Source of the DNA: Candidatus Bathyarchaeota archaeon
GTDB taxonomy: Archaea > Thermoproteota > Bathyarchaeia > Bathyarchaeales > Bathycorpusculaceae
DNA: 64,000 bases
NCBI GenBank assembly: GCA_963717465.1
Contig: OY970340.1
Span: 2,656,001-2,720,000, forward strand
Reading direction: 5' to 3'
Shown here: positions 9,135 through 19,595 of the stretch, in pieces
Position numbering within the stretch: the first letter of the stretch is position 1
Layout: the number at the start of each line of letters is the position of its first letter
Translations under genes and position numbers: made by a program
The notes under the pieces: generated by a model
The model's input: the letters and a program-made list of their open reading frames with translations, nothing else
What the model was told of the DNA's origin: nothing
Databases searched by the model: none

Positions 9135-9293
9135 TTGGTTGCGAGAAATAGAAATTTGGAGCTTGCATTCATCGACAAAGAGGGTAGGTCTTACTCGTTA
9201 GCCGAGGTTGACAGCGTAGAGTTAGCAAAGGGATTTGAAAAAATCTCCAAAGAAATTGCAACAAGGCTGCAGTTGCAGAAAGAACAGAGATAG
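9135..9293 (+). CDS. 52-aa hypothetical protein
   Basis: TTG start after GGGGGTGA RBS; open frame to TAG directly upstream of hsp20. Confidence 0.5.
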   Translation: MVARNRNLELAFIDKEGRSYSLAEVDSVELAKGFEKISKEIATRLQLQKEQR

Positions 9294-9326
9294 CGCATGT
9301 TAGAATTCTAATAATAATTAATCGAG

Positions 9327-9878
9327 GTGAAAAAAATGAGTAAAGAAAAAGAAAAAAAGACGCCGATCAAGGCGATCGCAAAAGCTGAAATCGCAGTAAA
9401 ACCAATAAAAAAAGTTCTTACCAAACAAGTTCCCGCAGTTCATGTTCTGACGACTTTTGAGGATTTGATGGAAAATTTTCGAAAAAATTTCATTGAAAGT
9501 ATAGCTTTTCCATTTGAATGGATAAGTCTTGAACCTGCAGTTCCAGTACGTGAGGCAACTGTAGATTTGGTTGATGAGGGAAACAAGTTTGTGGTGCATG
9601 CTGAGATGCCTGGCGTAGCTAAAGACAAGATCGACATAGCCCTGACGAAGGATGGTATCGAAATCTCGGCTGAAACTGATGTTGAAAAAGAAGATAAGGA
9701 GAAGAACTTCGTTGTCAGAGAACGCGTTTACTCGCACATTTACAAACAGTTGTCGTTCCCTGAAGAAGTAATCCCTGAGAAAGCTGAATCCACATTTAGG
9801 GACGGATTACTTGAAGTGCACATCCCAAAGAAGACGATTACACCAGCACCTAAAAAACACAAAGTGACAGTGAAATAG
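9327..9878 (+). CDS. hsp20: Small heat shock protein Hsp20/alpha-crystallin
   Basis: VDLVDEG..FVVHAEMPGV.K..I and AESTFRDGLLEVHIPK motifs. Confidence 0.92.
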   Translation: MKKMSKEKEKKTPIKAIAKAEIAVKPIKKVLTKQVPAVHVLTTFEDLMENFRKNFIESIAFPFEWISLEPAVPVREATVDLVDEGNKFVVHAEMPGVAKDKIDIALTKDGIEISAETDVEKEDKEKNFVVRERVYSHIYKQLSFPEEVIPEKAESTFRDGLLEVHIPKKTITPAPKKHKVTVK

Positions 9879-10047
9879 TTAATATGGCAGCTTTGTTTAT
9901 GCCCCGCTCACTATTTCTATGCAATATTTCTTGAGAAACAAGCATGCCGTGTTCATAAACTTTTATTGGAATGAAAGCCAGTCTTGTCGAATTGAGTCAA
10001 AACCTTTTTTTAGAGAAATTCTTTTAACGTACACGATGACGAAACAG

Positions 10048-10272
10048 TTATTGATAGGTTTTATGCCTGTCCATTGTTTCTTTGCTTACTTTGGTTTTTC
10101 CTAAACCACCGTTGTGTGCGCTCAACACAAATTTCAGCGTGTTTTCCTTGAAAAATTCTCTAAATTGATTTCCACATTTAGTGCATTTATACATCTTAAC
10201 TCGGAATCGTCCAAAGTTCCATTCTTTATCAGGTTCTTTCATGTGGGCTGTACAATTTGGACATTTCGGCAT
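10048..10272 (-). CDS. Small zinc-ribbon protein, possibly Cren7-like
   Basis: CPNC...P.KEW...VKMYKCTKCGNQFR. Confidence 0.6.
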   Translation of the reverse strand: MPKCPNCTAHMKEPDKEWNFGRFRVKMYKCTKCGNQFREFFKENTLKFVLSAHNGGLGKTKVSKETMDRHKTYQ

Positions 10273-10440
10273 GATTAATCACTTCTTAGAGTTATGAGTA
10301 AGATCGCTATATTGATTTCTATGAAGTTTTTCCAGCTACTCTTAAGCTTTTTTTGTGAACGTGCACACTATTTTCACAGCATCAGCCGATGACAAGTTTT
10401 AAGAAAAGATTAACAATACTTGCGATTGGAGGTGGAAACG

Positions 10441-10752
10441 TTGCCTACTTTCGCAGTTAATATGAAGCATGCTGCTGAGTCTTGTCCTTTGTTTAATCCT
10501 GAGGTGAAGAAGAGGCTAAAAGAAATGCTTGGTAAGAGAGAAGACGTTTGGGATCGAGCAAAGAAGCATGGTGTACATGTGTTGAGTGCTTGGACTTCAG
10601 TTATGGACCATCTTATTTTCTACGTTGTTGAAGCCTCTTCTCAAGATGCTGTTGAGGACTACTTTAAGGACATAGGCTTTGCTTTCTGGAACAGCATTGA
10701 AATTCGACAAGTGATACCTGCAGAAGACATAATTAAAGCTGTGCGGGGTTGA
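10441..10752 (+). CDS. Hypothetical protein (H-x4-CP motif, probable ferredoxin-like fold)
   Basis: TTG start after GGAGGTGG RBS; MPTFAVNMKHAAESCP...DHLIFYVVEA. Confidence 0.65.
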   Translation: MPTFAVNMKHAAESCPLFNPEVKKRLKEMLGKREDVWDRAKKHGVHVLSAWTSVMDHLIFYVVEASSQDAVEDYFKDIGFAFWNSIEIRQVIPAEDIIKAVRG

Positions 10753-11196
10753 AAAATCCTGATGCGCTGAAAACGTGAGCCTTTGATGGATTCTTTCTTT
10801 GTTCACGCGTTGCCTCAGGTCTACCTATTTCTAGAATATTTCAGATGATTTATTATTTTCTCGGATTTCACTTTTGCCATGGTGGCTTGTTTGCTTTTCG
10901 TTATAACCTAAACGTAAATTCTGTTCTGGTTGTTTTGTGTTGAATTTTTTTTTTTGCTTGCAAGCCAAGGAAACGCAATGGTCTCCGTACCCTTGAAGGA
11001 TAGTCTTTGTAAGCGAAAAACGGTTGATAACGGTTGATTTAAAACTCTATGAAATGGCAGCAACACTCTTCAGCTATGCGAGACCCCTGTCATAGGCTCA
11101 GGATCCCCAAAAGAAGCCCTAAAAAAAGATTCTGGCAAGCTACTTATACCTTGTCGGATTATAATATAAAGACTCAAAACTAGTTTTGATTAGAGG

Positions 11197-13677
11197 GTGG
11201 AAGTTTTACAATCTGAGCGAAAAGAGAAGCGAATATTGTGGTTTGAAGAACTCGGTAAAGAAGACATCCCCTTGGTTGGGGGAAAAAATGCCAACCTAGG
11301 CGAAATGCTAAAGGCAAAGATTAGCGTGCCACCTGGCTACGCCATCACTGCCCATGCGTATCATGAATTCATTACAAAAACAGGTATAGCTGAGAAAATC
11401 TACAAAACCATTGAACAAACGGTCACTGATGTTAACGATCCCAAACAATACGAAGAAGCTTCTGAGAAAATTCGAAAGTTAATTGAATCCACGTCTATGC
11501 CCTCCGAAATTATGGAGGAAATCAAGGCTGCTTACTCTGAACTTGGTGAAAGAATAGGTCTGAAAGATGTTTTTGTGGCAGTTCGCTCGAGCGCCACAGC
11601 TGAGGATTTGCCAGACGCTTCTTTTGCAGGTCAACAGGAGACATTCTTGAACGTTAAAGGCGCAGACGACCTCATTGAAAAGACCATAAAATGTTGGTCA
11701 AGCTTGTTCACGTCACGAGCCATATACTATCGAAATCAGAAATACTTTAGCCAAGAACAGGTCCTGATAAGTGTAGGCGTTCAGAAAATGGTCAACGCCA
11801 AGGCTGCGGGCGTAATCTTCACGCTGAATCCTGTCAATGGCGAATCCAATCAGATTGTGATTGAAGCCAATTGGGGACTAGGCGAGTCTGTTGTGTCCGG
11901 TTCAGTTACCCCTGACCTTTACATATTGAATAAACAAACCCTCAAAATAACTGATAAAAAAATTGCAAAAAAGACAGTTGAATACATACGGAACTTAAAG
12001 ACGGGGAAAACCATTGAGGGTGCAGTGCCCGCAGCAAAGCAGGAACAACCGTGCTTAAATGAGGAAGAAGTTATTCGGCTAACAGAAATTGCACTCAGCA
12101 TTGAGCAACACTATGGAAGAGCTCAAGATATAGAATTCTCCATAGACCAAGACTTGCCCTTCCCCGAGAATATTTTTATTGTTCAGGCGAGGCCCGAAAC
12201 AGTGTGGAGTTCTCTAAAGAGTGAAGCAATGGTTGAAGAAGTCAAATTGACTGTTCCGCTCGTTGTGCCTCCTGAATGGAAAGTTGTAGTGAAAGGCCTA
12301 GCTGCTGGCAGACGGGCTATAGGCATAGGGATAGCCAAAGTTGCGTTGACCGCTCATGAAGCCGCAAAGATAGTTCAGAAGGGCGATATCCTTGTTACCA
12401 CTATGACTAATCCTGATTATGTGCCCTTCATGAAAATTGCAGGGGCTATAGTAACTGATAAAGGAGGAGTTACCGCCCATGCTTCCATAGTTAGCCGAGA
12501 ACTAGGCATACCCTGCATAGTTGGAACGGAGACAGCTACAAAAGTCATGATTTCAGGGCGCGAATACACGGTTGATGCTAAAAACGGCGTGGTTTACGAG
12601 GGAAGAATTGGGGCTCCCGAAGCAGCAGTTGCGCAAGCAGACTCGATTTCAGCATCACTAACGTCTATTTCTGCTGAACCAGTGCCGGTTACAGCTACAA
12701 AAATTTACATGAACCTCGGAGTGCCTGACAAAATCGAGGAGTACAAACATCTGCCTTTTGACGGCATCGGTCTTATGCGGCTTGAGTTCATACTCGCAAG
12801 TTATATTGGTCAACATCCGATGTACCTACTTGAAACTGGTCAAGCTGATTGGTTCGTAAACAAACTAGCTGAAGGCATCGCAACGGTAGCGCGAGCTATA
12901 CAGCCGCGCCTTGTCGTTGTTCGTCTGAGCGATTTTAAGACAAATGAGTATAGAGAATTGGTGGGCGGAGATAAATACGAAATAAAGGAAGAAAATCCGA
13001 TGCTTGGTTGGCGGGGTGCCAGCCGCTACATCAGTCAATGGTATGAAAAAGCCTTCCGTTTAGAATGCAAAGCCATGCGGAAATGCCGTGATGAATGGGG
13101 GCTCAAAAACGTGTGGGTAATGCTTCCAATGATTCGGACGCTTTGGGAGGCCAAGAGATGCCTTGAAATCATGAAAGAAGAGGGATTGGAGCGCACCAAA
13201 GACTTTAAGATTTGGTTTATGGCCGAAACCCCAGCTATCGCAATTATGGCTGACGAGTTTTCCAAACTGTGCGATGGATTCAGCATAGGATCAAACGACA
13301 TGACACAAGGCATACTCATGATTGACCGAGACTCTGAAAGGCTAGGATTAATGGGTTACTTTGACGAACGAGACTCAGCAGTGAAACGCATAATCGCCCA
13401 CTTAATCAAAGTGGCTCATCAAAACGGAGTCACAGTTTCAATTTGTGGCGAAGGCCCATCTAACTTGCCTGATTTCGCAGAGTTTCTTGTGCAGTGCGGC
13501 ATAGACAGCATCTCAGTTAACAATGATGCCGTTGTACGTACTCGCCAGTTAGTTGCCAGTTTTGAACAGAAGTTAATACTAAAAAGACTGAGCGAAATCC
13601 AAGAAAAAATCTCAAGACAAAAATCAGCCAAAGCGGAACGAGTGGAGCAAGATAGGACGCTTGAGTGGGAAGACTGA
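11197..13677 (+). CDS. ppsA: Phosphoenolpyruvate synthase (pyruvate, water dikinase)
   Basis: VGGKNANLGEM, AVRSSATAEDLPDASFAGQQ, phospho-His GGVTAHASIVSRE and FSIGSNDMTQ motifs. Confidence 0.96.
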   Translation: MEVLQSERKEKRILWFEELGKEDIPLVGGKNANLGEMLKAKISVPPGYAITAHAYHEFITKTGIAEKIYKTIEQTVTDVNDPKQYEEASEKIRKLIESTSMPSEIMEEIKAAYSELGERIGLKDVFVAVRSSATAEDLPDASFAGQQETFLNVKGADDLIEKTIKCWSSLFTSRAIYYRNQKYFSQEQVLISVGVQKMVNAKAAGVIFTLNPVNGESNQIVIEANWGLGESVVSGSVTPDLYILNKQTLKITDKKIAKKTVEYIRNLKTGKTIEGAVPAAKQEQPCLNEEEVIRLTEIALSIEQHYGRAQDIEFSIDQDLPFPENIFIVQARPETVWSSLKSEAMVEEVKLTVPLVVPPEWKVVVKGLAAGRRAIGIGIAKVALTAHEAAKIVQKGDILVTTMTNPDYVPFMKIAGAIVTDKGGVTAHASIVSRELGIPCIVGTETATKVMISGREYTVDAKNGVVYEGRIGAPEAAVAQADSISASLTSISAEPVPVTATKIYMNLGVPDKIEEYKHLPFDGIGLMRLEFILASYIGQHPMYLLETGQADWFVNKLAEGIATVARAIQPRLVVVRLSDFKTNEYRELVGGDKYEIKEENPMLGWRGASRYISQWYEKAFRLECKAMRKCRDEWGLKNVWVMLPMIRTLWEAKRCLEIMKEEGLERTKDFKIWFMAETPAIAIMADEFSKLCDGFSIGSNDMTQGILMIDRDSERLGLMGYFDERDSAVKRIIAHLIKVAHQNGVTVSICGEGPSNLPDFAEFLVQCGIDSISVNNDAVVRTRQLVASFEQKLILKRLSEIQEKISRQKSAKAERVEQDRTLEWED

Positions 13678-13759
13678 TTCCGAAAATAATCGATCACTCG
13701 CGGAAGTGCAGGTCAATAGAGTAACCACACGTTGGAAAGAACAATTTTGACGCCTTTGA

Positions 13760-15416
13760 TTATTTCCAAGCCCTTTCTATATATTCTCGTAACATTCTGT
13801 TTGTATTGTAATAAGAAGCCATAGAAATAGAATATTTTTGCATTTCGATCCATTTTTCTTGGTTATTGTAAAAGGTGGGCATTACCTTTTGTTCTAATAC
13901 GTTATACAGGCCTTGGGCATCCTGAACATCAGTTTCATTTTGATAGCCGAAAGCCCATCCTATTGCGCCTTCTTTTGTTTTAAATTCTTCGTCTATCCAT
14001 CCATCCCAAGAACTAACATTTATGACGCCATTTGAAAGCGCTTTCATTCCGCTAGTTCCGGAGGCTTCATTGGGTGGTCTTGGCGTATTCAAAAGGACAT
14101 CAACACCCGCAATCAAGGTAGGGCTGATTTCCATTCCATAGTTTTCTATAAAAACGGTTGGGACCTTGTCACAGATTATTTTGCTTTCTTCATGGATCTT
14201 CTTTATCGCCTCTTTGCCAGAATCATCTCTCGGATGGGCTTTTCCAGCCATAATAATTTGCATTTTTCCTGATCCAATAAGTTTAAGCCTTTCCATATCA
14301 CTGAAAATTAATGTTGGTCTTTTGTATTCAGCCATCCTTCTAAACCAGCCTAAAGTTAGTCTGTTTCTATCCATGTCTATTGCGTATTCATCTTCTATGA
14401 AATCTAATAAAATACTCTTGTTCTCCAGGTGAGCCTTCCAAACCTCTTCATTAGGTAATATCATGGCGTCTTTTAGTTTTTCAGGGTTCTCTTCCCAACC
14501 AGGGAAGTGTCTATCAAATAATCCTTTAAAACTGCCGCTCGTCCATGTCCCAAGATGTACCGCATTCGTTATATAATCTATGTTTTTATTAGGAAACATT
14601 TCTCTGGCAGCATAAGCATTTTTCTTAGAAACGCCATTCTGATAATCGCTTAAACGCATTGCCAGTTTTGTCATGTTCAAGCAGTTTTCTTGACCACCGT
14701 ATTCTTTCACTTTGTCCAATGGGAAAGAGTTATCTAAAATACTCTCAACCATACTCATAGGAAATACTTCATGACCTGCAGGAACCAAAGTATGAGTTGT
14801 GAAGCTGAATCTTTTCTTTGTCTTGTTCTCGTCCCAATTGTTTTTATTTGCTATCTCTAATGTCGCGAGTGCCGTATGACCTTCGTTCATATGATACTTT
14901 TTTATATCGTACCCAAGCTTTTCCAAAAATTTAACTCCGCCGATTCCAAGGACTATCTCTTGTTTGAATCTGTGTTTTTCGTGTTCTTCGTATGAAGTAG
15001 ATTTGCCCATCCAATAGCATGTCTCGCTGATTATCCTATCCTCTACTTCATTCTCGTCTAGTCTCAGTGTCAAGAAAATATATTGGTACTTTAGTGCTAT
15101 TGCCATTTTTAATAATGTACTCTTCTGCTCCAACTACTACATCTCTGCCTTCAATCCTAACCTTGACCTTTTCATCCCTTTTTCTCAGGACACCAAATGG
15201 ATTGGATCTTTTTAGAATTTCTTTTTGCTGGCAATTTTCAATTTCTTGTTTAAAATACCCTTTGTGATGTCTTAATGATACACCAACTAAAGGAATATTC
15301 ATTTCAGCTGAACATTTTATTGTATCGCCCGCTAGCACTCCAAGTCCTCCACAACACGTTGGAAGTTGGGCATCTACACCAATTTCCATCGAGAGGTAAG
15401 CAATTTTTTGTCTCAT
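13760..15416 (-). CDS. glgP: Second alpha-glucan phosphorylase, frameshifted near 15050-15070 (error or pseudogene)
   Basis: N part KIAYLSMEIG...GGLGVLAGD (ORF 15048-15440); C part HMNEGH and EASGTSGMK (ORF 13760-15133). Confidence 0.85.
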
Positions 15417-15611
15417 TAAGTAGGCTTCTGTCTCAACCACTTTTTCAGATTCCTATAACGTTTGTATTTCAGCTAACAATAAAGCTGCTAGCTGATAAAG
15501 ACTCTCTTTCATGCATGATTTTACTAGTAACATGCTCATTGATCGGCGGTTTTGCAAGCAATCTCGGGATTTTTGATCGCCTCTTTTTCTCTGTTCGGAG
15601 TGTGTTCATCG

Positions 15612-17645
15612 TTATGGGTCTTCTACAGTCGCGCATAGGACAAAAGCGGAGCGAGCGGGCAGATAGAGGCTAAGCACATTTTGAGTATTTATTTCAGTAT
15701 TGTTCACGATTGTGAAGTGTGTCTGCTGAGGTAACAATCGGCCTTGTCCCCCGTACTTTGGTGCATCACAGTCCATGATCATGCGGTATTTTCCAGGGGG
15801 AGCTTCAAACTGATAATCAGTAAAGGATTGATTGGGATTAAAATTGAAGGCAAAAATCAGATCAGCCCTTTTGAAGATGATTACTTGTTTCATGGAATCT
15901 TCATGCAGAAGCTGCGGAATGGATGTTTCAAGAAGGCGGTGCGTCTTGGCCATTGCAATCATGTCGCGGTCGAACATGGCTAGCAAATGATGCTTTAGGT
16001 GGACGCCGTCTGCGAGATGCCATTGTCGACGAGCATGCTTGAATGACCAGTTGTTTCCCTCGCGTGGAAAATCTATCCAGTCAGGGTGACCGAATTCATT
16101 GCCCATAAAGTTCAGATAACCGTGGCTAGCCGTGCCCAAGGTTATCAAACGGATCATCTTATGTAATGCAATTCCACGGGCGACATTTGAGTTGTCATCA
16201 ACGATCCTCATATAGTGGTACATGTCTTCACCGATCAGTCGGAAAATAAGTGTCTGGTCTCCCACTAACGCTTGGTCATGAGATTCGGCGTAACTAATGG
16301 TTTTCTCATCTGCCCTGCGGTTGGTGAGTTCAAACCAAAGATGACCGATGGGCCAGTCTTCATCTTTGAAATCTTTTATTAAACGGATCCAGTAATCAGG
16401 CACCCCCATTGCAAAGCGATAGTCAAAACCGAACCCGCCCTCTGATTGGGAAACGGCTAAACCTGGCATGCCGCTGACATCTTCTGCTATGGTGATGGCG
16501 TCGGGTCGGATGTCATGAATCACTCGGTTAGCAAGAGCCAAATAGGTCAAGGCATCTTCATCCACACTGCCATCGAAGTAATCATTATATGAAGTGAACT
16601 CTCGCCTAAGACCATGTTCCAGATAAAGCATACTTGTGACGCCGTCGAAGCGAAAGCCATCAAAGTGGAATTCGTCTAGCCAGTATCGGCAATTGGAAAG
16701 CAAAAAATGTAGAACCTGAGGTTTGTCATAATCGAAGCAGCGTGAATCCCATGCTTTGTGTTTTCCGCGTAGGCCACTGTGAAAATACTGAAATAGTGTC
16801 CCGTCGAAGCGACTTAATCCCTCGACCTCGTTGGACACGGAGTGGGAATGAATCAGATCCATGAAGACGGTGAGCCCTTTGGCGTGGGCCGTGTCGATCA
16901 GGAGTTTCAAATCCTCAGGCGTTCCGTACCGCGATGAAGAGGCGAAATAGCTTGATACCTGATATCCAAATGATCCGTAGTAGGGATGTTCTTGAATGGC
17001 CATCAACTGTAACGTGTTGTAACCCGCATCCACGATTCGCGGAAGCACTCCGAGAGTAAATTCACGGAAGGATCCGATTTTTTCTTCTTCCTGTGCCATA
17101 CCGATATGCGCTTCATAGACAATAGGGGGCTCTTCAGATCGTTTGAAATCGGGTTTTTTCCAACGATACGTCTCTGGTGGTGCCCATACTTGGGCGTTGA
17201 AAATCAGAGTTTTTGGATCTTGCACAACCCGTCGAGCATAGGCTGGAATGCGATCGCCTTCGCCGCCTGCCCAATGAATATGGAGCCGATACAGGTCACC
17301 ATGCTCCAGTTTGTCGCCAGGTAGGCGAATTTCCCAGACACCATAGTCGTTGATCTTTTCCATTTCAAATTCTCTGCTCACTTGCCATTTACTCATATCT
17401 CCTATCAGGTAGATCGCCGTTGCGTTTGGCGCCCATTCACGGAAAACCCATTCTCCTCGTTGGAAATGCAGACCGAAGTATTCGTGGCCGGACGCAAACT
17501 CTGCTAGGCTCTTTTTACCTTGTGTAAGGCGTTGCTCTGTTTCTTCGATGTGTTCCAATCGGCGTCGAATCTGATCCGAAAACGGCGTGAGGTACGGGTC
17601 GCTTTTTAGCAGACGAATTAATCGGCTTTCAACACCAATCATCAA
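15612..17645 (-). CDS. glgB: 1,4-alpha-glucan branching enzyme, GH13 (eukaryote/Bacteroidetes-like GH13_8 type)
   Basis: FREWAPNA, YGSFGYQV, DGFRFDGVTSMLY, AEDVSGMP, YAESHDQALVGD and FMGNEFGHP motifs. Confidence 0.93.
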   Translation of the reverse strand: MMIGVESRLIRLLKSDPYLTPFSDQIRRRLEHIEETEQRLTQGKKSLAEFASGHEYFGLHFQRGEWVFREWAPNATAIYLIGDMSKWQVSREFEMEKINDYGVWEIRLPGDKLEHGDLYRLHIHWAGGEGDRIPAYARRVVQDPKTLIFNAQVWAPPETYRWKKPDFKRSEEPPIVYEAHIGMAQEEEKIGSFREFTLGVLPRIVDAGYNTLQLMAIQEHPYYGSFGYQVSSYFASSSRYGTPEDLKLLIDTAHAKGLTVFMDLIHSHSVSNEVEGLSRFDGTLFQYFHSGLRGKHKAWDSRCFDYDKPQVLHFLLSNCRYWLDEFHFDGFRFDGVTSMLYLEHGLRREFTSYNDYFDGSVDEDALTYLALANRVIHDIRPDAITIAEDVSGMPGLAVSQSEGGFGFDYRFAMGVPDYWIRLIKDFKDEDWPIGHLWFELTNRRADEKTISYAESHDQALVGDQTLIFRLIGEDMYHYMRIVDDNSNVARGIALHKMIRLITLGTASHGYLNFMGNEFGHPDWIDFPREGNNWSFKHARRQWHLADGVHLKHHLLAMFDRDMIAMAKTHRLLETSIPQLLHEDSMKQVIIFKRADLIFAFNFNPNQSFTDYQFEAPPGKYRMIMDCDAPKYGGQGRLLPQQTHFTIVNNTEINTQNVLSLYLPARSAFVLCATVEDP

Positions 17646-17889
17646 ATATCTTATTCTGTTTTAACACACAAGTAGTTTAATTCTTTTTCCAGAAGCGCCA
17701 TTTTTTTCTTCTAGGCAATGGCAAGCCCACAATGGGAACCTGTTAAGGTTTTAGTTCTCTGTCTTCACTGTAACCCTCGTGGGCTTCTTCTTCGGATTCA
17801 TCTTGCTGGTCTTCTTCGCTCTCGGAGATTTCTTCGTTTGCACTTCTTTGTCTTCAGCTTCACCTTTTGGGGTTTTGCGGAGCGTGTAT

Positions 17890-18138
17890 TTATTTGATTA
17901 CTTGTGCGTTTGCTGCTTTGCTGGTAATTCTGGTTATCTTTACTTTTACGCGGTCGCCCGGTTTTGCTTCTTCAACATAAATTACGAAGCCTTGATTTCT
18001 TGCTATGCCTTCCCCTTTTGAGCTTAATTCTGTAATTTCTACTTCTAATTCTTCGCCCAGCTCGACTGGGCAACGCTTAAAACCCTTGCCATGGCCACGT
18101 TTTCCCTCGTGACTGCCACCTTGCCTTGATTTACTCAT
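17890..18138 (-). CDS. Single TRAM-domain RNA-binding protein (a frameshift may hide an acidic tail to about 17750)
   Basis: PVELGEELEVEI...KGEGIAR..GFVIYV..AKPGDRVKVKI pattern. Confidence 0.9.
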   Translation of the reverse strand: MSKSRQGGSHEGKRGHGKGFKRCPVELGEELEVEITELSSKGEGIARNQGFVIYVEEAKPGDRVKVKITRITSKAANAQVIK

Positions 18139-18509
18139 ATTATTCCCAATTTTATTTCGTTTTATTAAGGAAAGTAAAAGCGTTGAAACTTAAAAGTTGT
18201 TTGTTTTGCGTGTTGAGTAACAATGGCTGACATGCGTTATTCACAGGGGTGCGTGTGAGTGAGAGTTAACGTAAGAGAGAAAGCCTAAGTTTTAGGCCAA
18301 GGACAGTACACCAGATTTTCTAATTTATGTTTTCTAAATTAAAGTCTTAGAATATTATTATATTTTAATATCCTTTTAGCGGGCGCTAACTGCAAGTTGG
18401 AAGAAATGGAGCGATAAAGGTGGAGTGGGAATCGTCCATTTAGAAGGTTGGTTTGCGTGACAAAGATATTAATAGTTAGATTTGCACTGTTTTGTTGTGT
18501 TGTTTTAAA

Positions 18510-18869
18510 ATGAAGCTTGAACTGAAGATTTTTGAAATAGATACTCATGCAGGAAGGCGTTTTCGTTTTGCGATTTTTGACTCAGACAAGCCTGGCGGTT
18601 ATCCGAGAAATTTTGTCTGTTTATTGCCTTCAAGAGTGTCTGAAGCGGGGGAACCAAATAATATTTTCCAAAGTATTTTTGGAAACAAAGGTGTGGAGCA
18701 GGCTAAGCGATTGTTGACTGAAGCTTTGAAGAAAGCTACGAACGTTGAAATTAAGAGTGAAGTAGAAAGAAGACTGGAGCTTCTCAACCCGAAAACAGGA
18801 ATACAAATAAAATGTGGGTCTCGTGGAGACGTTGTTGCTGTTAAACGAACAAGGAGTTATTCTAGGTAG
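18510..18869 (+). CDS. Hypothetical protein, paralogue of 23130-23561
   Basis: Shares RFA..D......YP.NFVC.LP...F..IFG.K....A..LL..ALK......K.E.ERRL..L.PK; the Zn-ribbon tail is degenerate here. Confidence 0.7.
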   Translation: MKLELKIFEIDTHAGRRFRFAIFDSDKPGGYPRNFVCLLPSRVSEAGEPNNIFQSIFGNKGVEQAKRLLTEALKKATNVEIKSEVERRLELLNPKTGIQIKCGSRGDVVAVKRTRSYSR

Positions 18870-19124
18870 CGCACATGGCTCCTAAAATAGTCGGAAGAAT
18901 GTTTTTGGTTAACTTTTTCCGTAATAACTTTTATTTTAGAAACCTGTTGATGATGCAAAAGCCAAAAACCACAAAATAGGAAAGAATTACGTGCCTCAAA
19001 AAAGAATTCAGAGGACACGAATGCACGCTAACAGTAAAATAAGCTGGGCGAATAACAAAAATTTAAAACAACAAACGTAATGTTTTAAAGCTAATTTCGC
19101 CATTTTTAGTTAGCGGTTCTTTTG

Positions 19125-19289
19125 ATGAACGCATATGTCACTAAACAAACTCACGAGCCTAAAATAGGTAAATGTGGTGAATGCATAAAACTGGGCGATA
19201 CATCAGACAAAGAAGTAATCTTTTGCGAATCAAGCTGCAAATGGTTCTGCGCGAAACACTTAAGTGCACGCGCTGATCTGGATTTTTAG
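19125..19289 (+). CDS. 54-aa Cys/His zinc-finger microprotein (B-box/AN1-like spacing)
   Basis: CGEC...FCESSCKWFCAKH. Confidence 0.55.
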   Translation: MNAYVTKQTHEPKIGKCGECIKLGDTSDKEVIFCESSCKWFCAKHLSARADLDF

Positions 19290-19350
19290 AAGCTAATTTT
19301 GATTGCCCATTTCGATTTTTGAATGAATAATAAATGAATAAAATTTTTTA

Positions 19351-19572
19351 TTAGTATTTGGTTACCTGCTTTTTTTCTGTTTCATTTTTGTCATATTTCA
19401 ACGAACCATCTTTACTTATTTCGTAAATTGCTATTGTCCCGTGAATGTTTCTCAGTCTAGCATATTCTTTTTTATTCTTTGTAAAATATTCGATATCGTT
19501 ACTTGGCAGGTCCGCATTTACCCCGAATTGTCTGCGATAGGCTGCGAATACTCTATGATCATATTCGTACAT
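19351..19572 (-). CDS. Hypothetical protein
   Basis: ATG after GAGGTGA RBS; MYEYDHRVFAAYRRQ...; coupled to the upstream OB-fold gene. Confidence 0.6.
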   Translation of the reverse strand: MYEYDHRVFAAYRRQFGVNADLPSNDIEYFTKNKKEYARLRNIHGTIAIYEISKDGSLKYDKNETEKKQVTKY

Positions 19573-19595
19573 ACTTTCACCTCGACATTGAAATA

